Assembly: GCA_963760795.1 (NCBI GenBank)
Contig: CAVXEP010000035.1
Span: forward strand, 46,872-110,871
Direction: 5' to 3'
DNA length: 64,000 nucleotides
DNA from: an uncultured delta proteobacterium
Lineage (GTDB): Bacteria; Desulfobacterota; Binatia; UBA9968
The translations under genes were made by a program, and so were the position numbers. The first letter of the stretch is position 1. Each line of letters opens with the position of its first letter. Shown here one piece after another: positions 47,292-56,067 of the stretch. The notes under the pieces are model-generated. The model had not been told where the DNA came from and did no database searches. It was given only the letters and a program-made list of their open reading frames with translations.

Positions 47292-48074
47292 ATGAAAAGT
47301 ATCGCTAGTAAATATTTTATCGGGGCAGGTGTTAGCGCAGCATTGCTGATGGGCCAGGGGTGTTTGGCGACTCGCGATTGGGTTCGTGAGAATGTCAGCG
47401 ATCCGCTGTCTGGGCGAATCACCAAGAACTCTCAACGTTTGGATGGCCATGATGGTCAGATCGGCACTCTCGGCACCCGCATGACCGGTGTCGAAGGCAA
47501 GCTTGGCCAATTCGACGGCCGTCTCGGCCAGGTCGAAGGCAAGATCGGTCAGGTCGATGCCAAAGCCGACAAAGCGCTCAGCGCTATCGCCAATTTACGT
47601 TTGGAGCGCAAGATCGTCATCGATTTGAAGGATGGCGTAAACTTCGGTTCCAACTCGGCCAGTTTGCCGCCACAAGCGCAGCGTGAGATCGATGGTTTTC
47701 TGAGCGATCTCAAAGGCGATGTTGCCGGTGCGGACGGGACGGTTTTCCTGGTTGCAGGGCATACCGACAGCGTTGGTAGCGAAGATCTTAATTATGAGCT
47801 CGGCAAGAAGCGTGCGGACGCGGTAAGCCGTTACCTGATCACCAAGAAGAGCATGGACCCGATGAAGGTGATCCCGATTTCTTACGGCCAGAGTGCTCCG
47901 GTAGCTGAGAATACCAACAACCAAGGCAGATCTAAAAACCGCCGGGTTGAAATCCTAGTTTACCGCGAAGGCATCACCTCGCAGGCGGCCGAAGCTCCGG
48001 CGCCGCAGCAGCCAGCCGCGCCGCGCTCGTCGCAGACGACCCAGCCGGACGGTGAGAGAGTCACACAGCGCTAA
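47292..48074 (+). CDS. OmpA-family lipoprotein with N-terminal coiled coil
   Basis: Lipobox GQGC, heptads (GVEGKLG/QFDGRLG/QVEGKIG), GHTD..G...N..LG..RA, KNRRVEI; GGAGG RBS. Confidence 0.9.
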   Translation: MKSIASKYFIGAGVSAALLMGQGCLATRDWVRENVSDPLSGRITKNSQRLDGHDGQIGTLGTRMTGVEGKLGQFDGRLGQVEGKIGQVDAKADKALSAIANLRLERKIVIDLKDGVNFGSNSASLPPQAQREIDGFLSDLKGDVAGADGTVFLVAGHTDSVGSEDLNYELGKKRADAVSRYLITKKSMDPMKVIPISYGQSAPVAENTNNQGRSKNRRVEILVYREGITSQAAEAPAPQQPAAPRSSQTTQPDGERVTQR

Positions 48075-48104
48075 TTTCATTGTAAGAGAGTAACGGGGGC
48101 AGCG

Positions 48105-48139
48105 AAAAAAGGCGGAGTCATATGACTCCGCCTTTTTTT
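48105..48139. terminator. Bidirectional intrinsic terminator
   Basis: AAAAAAGGCGGAGTCATATGACTCCGCCTTTTTTT, perfect palindrome. Confidence 0.9.
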
Positions 48140-48369
48140 ATGGATGCGGGCTTTAGCTTCGGTCATCCGCAGTTGAAGAAATTGAGCCTGCGAGCGCGGC
48201 GCAATCGTACCGTTGCGAAGACCATGGTGACTGCCTCATCGCTGCGCGACCCGTGTATTGACTTGGCCAGTGCCAATAAGGCTTTTAAAGGGCACTCCTT
48301 GGGTGTCTTCACAACTCCAGGCTTGCACCTTGCCGGAGCCTCGATGCTGTAGAACCGCGAAATCCGGGT

Positions 48370-49305
48370 TTAACCATACAATTTGTCGATGTAACCGCTG
48401 TCGTCCAACTCGCGCACGAAGTGGGTATTCCATAGCGCCAGCGGATTATAGGCGGCGATCTCGGGATTGCGGCGCACGGCGAGCTGAAAGACGTTGGCAA
48501 TGCCTTCGAGGGACGGATAGGGCTTTTTCTCCAAAGACTGCGCCCATTCGTCATAAAGCGTTTCGACTTCCTGGTCGGTTTCGAGCTTGAGGATCGGCGT
48601 GGCGTGTTCCTTAAGAATCTCCAAAGTCTCCGCTTTGCGGGTGATGAAAAAGTGGATGGCGTCGACCAACCCCCGGGTCAGTAAACGAATCTCCTCGGCA
48701 TGACTCTTCACGAAGCGAGAGGTGGTGGTCAGCGTGACGCCGCGGATCATCGGCATTGCCCGCGCGGTGATCACATGGGCGCCGGCTTTGGCGGCGCGGC
48801 TGTCATGGGGAATGGTAACGAAGGTGGCGTCGTATTCGCCGCTGAGGACTCGTTTCCAGCGGTCTTCTGAAGAGCCGCGTAACTCGCAGAGCTCGATATC
48901 GCCGCGGTCGACATCCAAACCCTCTTGCTTCAAAAACAGCCAGATGTTGAGACCGGCGTGGGAGTTGAGCTTGTCGGCGACGATTTTTTTGCCTCTGAGT
49001 TCCTGCACCGAGCGAATTTCCGGCCTGACGATAAGTTTGTTTTCCGTCCAATTGTTCGTCGGTTGAGCCAGGTGGACGAAGTCTTCGCCATTTTTGGCGT
49101 TGCGCACATACAAATTATGATGATTGCCGGAGATCAGGTCGACGGTGCCATTTTTGAGCGACTCGACGGCTTTTTCACGAACCAGCTGCGGTGAAGTATC
49201 GACTTCAAGACCATTTTTTTGCCAGGATCCCGATTTTTCGGCGACCAGCCAAAGCGGCGCGTGGGAATTGGAACGGTAAATGACCCGGAGTTTTGTATTT
49301 GCCAT
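48370..49305 (-). CDS. NMT1/SsuA-type substrate-binding protein (no obvious signal peptide)
   Basis: PLWLVAE..G.W.K.GLEV, I.SV.ELRGKKI, KPYPS.EGI, FVRELDDSGYIDKLY. Confidence 0.8.
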   Translation of the reverse strand: MANTKLRVIYRSNSHAPLWLVAEKSGSWQKNGLEVDTSPQLVREKAVESLKNGTVDLISGNHHNLYVRNAKNGEDFVHLAQPTNNWTENKLIVRPEIRSVQELRGKKIVADKLNSHAGLNIWLFLKQEGLDVDRGDIELCELRGSSEDRWKRVLSGEYDATFVTIPHDSRAAKAGAHVITARAMPMIRGVTLTTTSRFVKSHAEEIRLLTRGLVDAIHFFITRKAETLEILKEHATPILKLETDQEVETLYDEWAQSLEKKPYPSLEGIANVFQLAVRRNPEIAAYNPLALWNTHFVRELDDSGYIDKLYG

Positions 49306-49381
49306 GGGAACTGCCTCTCAAAATACAAATCGCTGCTATCGGGGTCATAGCACTACTTAGAACCTTATTGCCAGCGCCGGT

Positions 49382-49855
49382 TTAGCGCTGCAGCCGCAGA
49401 CCGAGCCACAAAGTAATGGCGGCGAACAGCAGAATGCACCAGTTGGCGCTGGTCATGCGGGAAATGATCGAGCGCAGTTGCTCGGGTGTGACTTCGTCGC
49501 CGCCTTCGGTCCGCCTGACGAAACGATGGCCGATGCCGAGGGCTTGGTAGACGCTGAACATGACCATCAGAAAGGCGAAGAGCAACTTGAGGCCAAGTTT
49601 GTAGGCGAGATACTCGATGAACGTCTCGCGGTATGCGGCCTTTATTTCGGTGAGCTGAAACGCCCCGGTGAATAAAATGATGCCCAGGGAACCAACTTGA
49701 AGCGGATTGTAAAACTTCAGGCCGCGGACAAAATAACGCACTCGCTCCTCATGCTTTTCCAACACGCCGACCGCGGGTAGCAGCATCAGCCAAAATCCGA
49801 CGACCGCGCCCAGGTAGACCACCAGGGCGATCAAATGGAGCCAGGAGTAGAACAT
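49382..49855 (-). CDS. CopD/DUF4149-like four-TM membrane protein
   Basis: WLHLIALVVYLG, LFTG, LGLKLL motifs; start set at ATG 49855. Confidence 0.65.
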   Translation of the reverse strand: MFYSWLHLIALVVYLGAVVGFWLMLLPAVGVLEKHEERVRYFVRGLKFYNPLQVGSLGIILFTGAFQLTEIKAAYRETFIEYLAYKLGLKLLFAFLMVMFSVYQALGIGHRFVRRTEGGDEVTPEQLRSIISRMTSANWCILLFAAITLWLGLRLQR

Positions 49856-49871
49856 CGGGCGGTGGATCGGA

Positions 49872-50681
49872 TCACCCCCAACTAAAACGTGAGCCCTTCT
49901 TGTAGGGTTTACCGGCGGCGTCATAGGTGTCGCCGATGACGTCCAGCTGTGCGCGGATGCGCTCGCGCTCGCGCTGCTGGTGGCTCTCGAAGGCGCTGGC
50001 GTCCTTGGCGCGCCGTTCGACGAATTCCGCCAGCTCACGCTCGCGCCGTTCGACGAATTCGCGTTGCTCGTTTTCCCATTGGTCGTAGGAGTCTTTGAGC
50101 AGCGTGCGAATATGATAGTTCAAGTTGTCACGGACCACCGTGGACTTGTGGCAGTGGGGGCAGAAGATGACGTTGCCGATGGTGAAGTTCTTGACGTTTT
50201 GTTCATGAACGCCGTTGCACTTGTAGCAGCGCAACGGAATGTTCCAGGAATCGATCGGCGGCAGTTCGACATAATTCACATCGGCTTCGGCGAATGCCGA
50301 TATCGCTCCAGTCTCGACCGGCGCCGAGACCGGGCTCGGATGGGCGGGCGTGCCAGGGGTTTGCGCCATATCGGCCGCCGCCGACTTACCTTGGCCCTTG
50401 CGAAAGCGCGACTCGAAACTGTCGCCAAAGTTGGTTTCCGGATGAAGCTCGCGTGCCCTTTGGATCAATGCTTCTTCGGATTCGACATTGTTGGGATCGG
50501 TGACGCAGACATCCACCGGACAGACCGCGGCACAGGCCTCGTAGTCGTGAAACCCGACGCATTCGGTGCAGAGCTTTGGATCGATGACAAAAACCGGGTC
50601 GCCTTGCGTAATCGCATTGTTGGGACACTCGGGCTCGCAAGCGCCGCAGTTGATACACTCGTTGGTGATCATCGTTGCCAT
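49872..50681 (-). CDS. YfhL-type 2x[4Fe-4S] ferredoxin fused to zinc ribbon and coiled coil
   Basis: CINCGACEPECP, CTECVGF....CAAVCPVD; C-terminal CYKC...CPHC and Glu/Arg-rich helix. Confidence 0.85.
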   Translation of the reverse strand: MATMITNECINCGACEPECPNNAITQGDPVFVIDPKLCTECVGFHDYEACAAVCPVDVCVTDPNNVESEEALIQRARELHPETNFGDSFESRFRKGQGKSAAADMAQTPGTPAHPSPVSAPVETGAISAFAEADVNYVELPPIDSWNIPLRCYKCNGVHEQNVKNFTIGNVIFCPHCHKSTVVRDNLNYHIRTLLKDSYDQWENEQREFVERRERELAEFVERRAKDASAFESHQQRERERIRAQLDVIGDTYDAAGKPYKKGSRFSWG

Positions 50682-50848
50682 GAACTTCTCACCTCCAAAA
50701 TAACTAGCGCGGAATTGCCATCGGCGTAAAACTCATTTTATTCTAGATGAAATGAATTGGCGTTGCAAATCTTTGAATTCTCTAAGAACCGATTATTAGA
50801 AGCATTTTATGTGCTGGACCTGCGGCTTTAAAGTTCTGAGTTGCTGCG

Positions 50849-51116
50849 ATGGCGAGTGAAGCGCGATATTTCATCGGTACCTGCGGCTATTCCTATCCCG
50901 GCGCGCCACCCAACGGCTGGAGCGGCGGGTTTTATCCCAAGGTCGGCGGCAAGCACGTCGATGAGTTGGAATTCTAGGCGGCAACCACGCCCGCGGTCAG
51001 GCAGTAGCCAATGCACTATGCTTAAAGCGGCGCTTGGCCAGAACGATGGCGCGGCGCCGCCTGAGGCGCTCTTGGAAGCATATCCAAATTTGGCGAATTT
51101 CAAGGATCGCACTTAG
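50849..51116 (+). pseudogene. DUF72-family remnant (internal deletion, stop, frameshift)
   Basis: MASEARYFIGTCGYSY...WSGGFYPK....DELEF* joined to NHARGQAVANA/MLKAALG...LLEAYPNL, i.e. DUF72 N- and C-terminal signatures without the middle. Confidence 0.75.
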
Positions 51117-51203
51117 TCGATGGCGTCCAATAAAATGTCGCAGACAAGATGGAGCGGGTGCGACCCCTCTTGGCGCGTCGGTTCTGGTGGGCTATGATGC
51201 CGC

Positions 51204-52229
51204 ATGATGATTTCCCGACCATTTAACTTCCATCGGATTTTTTCGATGGGTTTTGCCGTCGCACTGGTTGTTTTTACCGCCACTGTTTCTTTGGCCGCCG
51301 ATAGTCCGAAAAAACTGCGCTTGGCCTACGCCGGGTGGGAAGTCGGCACGGCTGTGGCCTACATCGGCGTCGACGCCGGTTTGTTCAAACAGCATGGATT
51401 GGAAGTCGACGAGCTGCCGATTCGCGACACGCTGAGCGCCGGCGTGCAGTCGTTGTTAGGTGTCGATTTGCTGATCGGTTTCGGCAATCCGCTCGCCGTA
51501 CTGCAGCCGCTGGCTGGCGGCGGGGATATCACGGTGATCGGTTCCCATGTCAGTTTCGACCAGTACGGTATGGGCGTGGCGACATCCATCGACGCAGTAA
51601 AAGATTTGAAAGGAAAGAAAGTCGGCGTTTCCGCGCTCGGCGCACGCTCGGATCTAATCGCTCGCGTCATGTTGCGGCGGGCCGGGTTGGATCCTGCTAA
51701 GGATGTGGAAATGGTCGCGGCCGGTTTGGCGCCGCAACGGGCGCTCGCGTTGTCTAAGAATCTCGTGCAGGGCGTGCCGCTCAGGGAAGATATCGCCGCA
51801 GAAGCGAAAAAAGCCGGCATCAAAATCATTGAAGTCAAAAGCGTGCCGGTGGTCACTGATTTGTTGATGACGACACGCTCGTTCATCAAGCGCGACGAAG
51901 AAACCATCCGTCGTTTCATGAAGGGCTATGCCGCGGCGATCCATCATTTCCTTTCCAAGCGCGCCGAGAGCCTTGCGATCCTGAAAAAATATTTCCCCGG
52001 TACTCAAGGCGTCTCCGTTGACAGCATGTATGACGCGTATGCGGCGCAACTACGGCCGCTACCCGAGCTCAACAACGAATCGATCCAAGCCCTGGTCGAT
52101 GTCAGCGCCGCCGCCGACCAGCGCGCCGGCAAGCTCAAACTTAACGATATCGTCGAGCCGCGCTTTTTCGAGGAGCTCAAAAACAGCAAGTTTTTGAAGG
52201 ATCTCTACGTCGAAAAGGTGAGCCTCTGA
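51204..52229 (+). CDS. NMT1/SsuA-type ABC substrate-binding protein
   Basis: Signal peptide, G.DAGLFKQHGLEV, KDLKGKKVGVS..G, GLDP.KDV; exact start uncertain. Confidence 0.85.
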   Translation: MMISRPFNFHRIFSMGFAVALVVFTATVSLAADSPKKLRLAYAGWEVGTAVAYIGVDAGLFKQHGLEVDELPIRDTLSAGVQSLLGVDLLIGFGNPLAVLQPLAGGGDITVIGSHVSFDQYGMGVATSIDAVKDLKGKKVGVSALGARSDLIARVMLRRAGLDPAKDVEMVAAGLAPQRALALSKNLVQGVPLREDIAAEAKKAGIKIIEVKSVPVVTDLLMTTRSFIKRDEETIRRFMKGYAAAIHHFLSKRAESLAILKKYFPGTQGVSVDSMYDAYAAQLRPLPELNNESIQALVDVSAAADQRAGKLKLNDIVEPRFFEELKNSKFLKDLYVEKVSL

Positions 52230-52418
52230 ACGTCCGCAATTAGCTTCACGCCGAAAACTTTAATCGAGGATTGAGGATGGAAGATCGCGGCTGGCGATCT
52301 TCTAGCCGCGCATCCTTGCTTCAGTGGGCGTGCGCCTATCGGTTCCTCAGCGCGCCGAACTGGAACTTTCACCGCCCTTTTGATATGCAGCAGAAAACAA
52401 ATTTAACCGGAGGAACTC

Positions 52419-53165
52419 ATGAGACTCAAAGATCAGGTGGCGATTGTTACCGGAGCGGGGCGTAATATCGGCGAGGATGTTTGTAAACTGTTCGTTGCGG
52501 AAGGCGCCAAGGTCGCCGTCGTCGATTTAGATCCGGGGCGGGGCAGCAACGTCGCCAATGAAATCAATGCGAAGAATCCTGGCAAAGCTATTTCGGTGGT
52601 TTGTGATGTCGCCAACGCGGCGTCGGTTAACAGCATGGTCGAGACCGTGGTCAAGCAATTCGGCGGCGTCGATATTCTGGTCAACAACGCAGCTTGGACC
52701 GATCACAAAACGCTCTTCGACATCACCGAAGAAGAGTGGGACCGGACGATGAACGTGTGCATGCGCAGCGTGTGGTACTGCACTCGCGCGGCGGCCAAAG
52801 TGATGATCGAGCAGAAGCGCAAAGGCAGGATCGTCAACATCGCCTCGACTTCGGGTCACTGGGGCCGCAAAGAAGCGACGGCTTATACCACGGCAAAGGC
52901 GGGCGTATTGAACCTAACCCGTTCCATCGCCGTGCAACTGGCGCCGGAAGGCATTCGCGTCAATTCCGTTTCGCCGAATCGCATTGGCTCGCCGGTGGGC
53001 CAGCAAGATGTGCCGGAAAATCGCTTCGTGAAAAATTTGGCCGGCCGGCGCGGCGTGCCGATGGATATCGCCAAGGCTGTGGTGTTCATGGTCTCCGATG
53101 AGTCGGAATTTATCTACGCGATCGACCTGCCGGTCGACGGCGGCGCGTTGGCGATCCGCGATTAG
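52419..53165 (+). CDS. Short-chain dehydrogenase/reductase
   Basis: TGAGRNIG, LVNNA, YTTAK, GIRVNSVSP. Confidence 0.92.
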   Translation: MRLKDQVAIVTGAGRNIGEDVCKLFVAEGAKVAVVDLDPGRGSNVANEINAKNPGKAISVVCDVANAASVNSMVETVVKQFGGVDILVNNAAWTDHKTLFDITEEEWDRTMNVCMRSVWYCTRAAAKVMIEQKRKGRIVNIASTSGHWGRKEATAYTTAKAGVLNLTRSIAVQLAPEGIRVNSVSPNRIGSPVGQQDVPENRFVKNLAGRRGVPMDIAKAVVFMVSDESEFIYAIDLPVDGGALAIRD

Positions 53166-53185
53166 TTGTTCTTTCGCTCATCACT

Positions 53186-53224
53186 AAAGGCGGCGAGGCG
53201 ATCGTGGCTTCGCCGCCTTTTTTT
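53186..53224 (+). terminator. Intrinsic terminator
   Basis: AAAGGCGGCGAGGC...GCTTCGCCGCCTTTTTTT. Confidence 0.8.
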
Positions 53225-53456
53225 GTTACGCCGAAATAGATGCATTCACCGCACAGGCAAAGCTCGCGAAGCCGCAACAAAAGAACAAATTCGGAATCGG
53301 GTATTTAATCGCAAAGGGCGCAAGGAACGCAAAATAGATTCCCAGAGGAATTCCTAACGGCGGAGCGGTTTAAATACCACCCTCCCTGCTTTTCCTTCTC
53401 GTTGCGTTGACAGTCTTTTGTAGGATCGGATAACTTCGCCGCGAAGAGGACCAGCC

Positions 53457-54491
53457 ATGAGTGAAACCCCTATCCAAGCAGCTATTCAGCCCGACGCGAC
53501 CTTGAAGTCGACGCCTGAGACGGTTTTGTGGGGCTATATCGCGGCGAATTTGCCGCCGGCATTGTCGGTGAAGTCGGGACAGATCGTTGAGATCGAGGCG
53601 CTGTCGCATCAGGGATTGACCACCGGCAAGGACCCCGAGAAGTTTTTCGCCGGCTACGGGATTCCGGCGAATGAAGTTCTCGCCGATGCCAAGCAGGTTT
53701 ACGCCGAGGTGAAGCGGCCTAAGGGCGCGAGCGTGCATATTCTCACCGGGCCGATCTACGTCGACGGCGCGGAACCCGGCGATACTTTAGAGATCCGCGT
53801 GCACGACATCAAGTTTCGCGTGCCCTACGGCGTCAACAATACCGGGCCTGGCAAAGGGGTGCTGCCCAAGCTGCTCAAAGAAGCCACGGCGAAACTGATC
53901 CGTATCGATCTCGAACGGCGCGTAGCGCTATTCTCCGACGATATTCAGATACCGCTCAATCCGTTCATGGGCATCATGGCGGTGTCGCCGCCGACGAGTT
54001 TGGGGCTGGTTTCATCCACGCCGCCGGGCGCCTGGGGCGGCAACATCGATTTGAAGTACACCGGCATCGGTTCGTCGTTATTTCTACCCGTGTTCAACAA
54101 GGGCGGGCAGTTTTTCACCGGCGACGGCCACGCCGTGCAGGGCGACGGCGAGGTCGACGGCGGCGCCATCGAAATCTCGCTCAAGCCGACTTTGCAATTC
54201 ATCGTCCACAAAGGCAAGACGATCAAGCAGCCGCGGGTGGAAACAGCGACGGATTATCTCACCACCGGGCTCGATGTCGACTTAAACGTCGCCACCAGAA
54301 TCGCCATGCAGGAAGCGGTGGATTTCCTCCAAGAGGAGAAAGGCATGAGCGCGGCGGACGCTTACGCGCTGTCGAGCCTTGCCGTGGATTTAGGAATTGG
54401 CGAAGCGGTCGACATCGTGAATCTGGTCTATGCCAAGATTCCCAAGAATATTTTTAAGAGCAATCCGGAGTTCTGGCACAAGCCGGCGTAG
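53457..54491 (+). CDS. Acetamidase/formamidase family protein
   Basis: HILTGPIYV.GAEPGD, PF.G.M.V, GGNID, GDGHA.QGDGEV. Confidence 0.9.
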   Translation: MSETPIQAAIQPDATLKSTPETVLWGYIAANLPPALSVKSGQIVEIEALSHQGLTTGKDPEKFFAGYGIPANEVLADAKQVYAEVKRPKGASVHILTGPIYVDGAEPGDTLEIRVHDIKFRVPYGVNNTGPGKGVLPKLLKEATAKLIRIDLERRVALFSDDIQIPLNPFMGIMAVSPPTSLGLVSSTPPGAWGGNIDLKYTGIGSSLFLPVFNKGGQFFTGDGHAVQGDGEVDGGAIEISLKPTLQFIVHKGKTIKQPRVETATDYLTTGLDVDLNVATRIAMQEAVDFLQEEKGMSAADAYALSSLAVDLGIGEAVDIVNLVYAKIPKNIFKSNPEFWHKPA

Positions 54492-54619
54492 CCGGCGTTC
54501 GGGGTGCAAAGTTCAAGTATTCAACGTTGAATCCGAATCCGGTCTCAAAACTGACCCGTTACCATGAGCGATCACCGAGTTGGCGAGTGGATAACATTTG
54601 CCCACTGAAGGAGAATTCC

Positions 54620-55711
54620 ATGGATATCGCGCCACTCAATCAAAAAACCGGTTACGTGCGCTGGATAAAGAGCCAGGGGCTGCCGATACACACCGGCCAT
54701 GGCATGGCAGATCTACGCGCGCTTGAGGTCTCGCCTTACGCGCGCATGGGCGGCAAGGCCGCGTTCATTCAACTGCACGGCATGCAGGGGATCACCGGCG
54801 GCTACATCGGCGAGATCCTACCGGGGGATGCGCTGAAACCGGAACGGCATCTCTATGAGGAGGTGATCTGCATTCTCAACGGCCAGGGCGCCACTGAGCT
54901 ATGGGACGATCATGGCAACAAGAAAATGTTCGAGTGGGGCAAGTGGAGCTTGTTTGCGCCGCCGATGAATACGACGCATCGCTTGGTCAATGGCTCGCGC
55001 GAGCCGGTGCGCTTTCTCGCCGTCACCAACGCGCCGTTGGCCTTCGACATCTATCGCGATGAAAATTTCGTCTTCAATTGCCCGTACAGTTTCAAAGACC
55101 GCTATTACGGCGAAGAGGATTATTTCGAGGTTGGCAAGAAGCGCTACGTCAGCGGCTTGATCAATATCTGGGAGACCAATTTCATTCCTGACATCAATGC
55201 GGCGATGCTGGAGAGCCTCGAAGTCAAAGGCGCCGGTTTGCGCTTGGCGCAGTTCGAGATGGCCGGCAACGCGCTGGTCGGTCACCTGGGTGAATGGCCG
55301 GTGGGAAAATATCACAAAGCGCACCACCATGGCCCAGGCGCGATCATCGTCGGCACGAAGTCGGTCGGTAACGTGCTTCTCTGGCACAAGCAATGGGGCA
55401 TGCACCCGTACACCGACGGACATGAAGATAAAGTCATCGACATCAATTGGGGTGAGGGGAGCATCTACTGCCCGCCAGGCGACTGGTTTCACCAGCACTT
55501 CAACACCGGCAAAGAACCGGCGCGCCATCTCGCCGTGCGCTATGGCAGCCGCATCCATCCACTGGGTTTCAAAGTCTCGCACCAGAAAACCGACGACGAT
55601 GTCTTCCGCAGCGTCGACGAAGGCGGCTGGATGATTAACTACGAGAACGAAGACCCGGAGATTCCCAAACGGTATCAAGCGGCGCTCAAGGCGAATGGGG
55701 TTGTTTCCTAA
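54620..55711 (+). CDS. Bicupin protein (gentisate-dioxygenase-like architecture)
   Basis: ERHLYEE, PMN..H, YHKAHHHGPG, WFHQHFN; AAGGAG RBS before ATG 54620. Confidence 0.75.
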   Translation: MDIAPLNQKTGYVRWIKSQGLPIHTGHGMADLRALEVSPYARMGGKAAFIQLHGMQGITGGYIGEILPGDALKPERHLYEEVICILNGQGATELWDDHGNKKMFEWGKWSLFAPPMNTTHRLVNGSREPVRFLAVTNAPLAFDIYRDENFVFNCPYSFKDRYYGEEDYFEVGKKRYVSGLINIWETNFIPDINAAMLESLEVKGAGLRLAQFEMAGNALVGHLGEWPVGKYHKAHHHGPGAIIVGTKSVGNVLLWHKQWGMHPYTDGHEDKVIDINWGEGSIYCPPGDWFHQHFNTGKEPARHLAVRYGSRIHPLGFKVSHQKTDDDVFRSVDEGGWMINYENEDPEIPKRYQAALKANGVVS

Positions 55712-56067
55712 AATTCGTTCAAGGGTTCAAGGTTGAAAAGTTCAAGGTTTGGGACCGTTTCGGCTGAACTTCGAGCTATTACAATTGTGTTTGCAGGGGA
55801 CCTCACAACGTTCCTCGATGTGCTTAGGACACGTCGTCGACGCTGCTGTCGGCTGTGCGGCTCTGCGACATCAGTGACGCCAGCACCGAGAGCAATAAAA
55901 TTCCGCGCATCACCCCGATCGAATTTTGTCGGCATCGACCCGCATCTTTTTGACCCCAACAAACGAGCACGAAGGCACGGCCGACTTTCAAATAGACGAA
56001 CATTTCCATCACGACCGCGAGCATAAATGGAGCGCTCGCAAACCGACAATGGCGAACACGGTTGCGG

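Noticed and set aside
50841-51116. 91-aa ORF with LLEAYPNL read as a DUF433 antitoxin
   Set aside because: Better explained as the C-terminal fragment of the DUF72 pseudogene.
54540-54560. AAAACTGACCC resembling an IS21-family end
   Set aside because: No TG terminus at the expected distance, no partner end and no transposase.
23520-54571. Identical 13-mer TTACCATGAGCGA at 23520 and 54559
   Set aside because: A 13-nt match is within chance expectation for this much sequence and has no flanking similarity.
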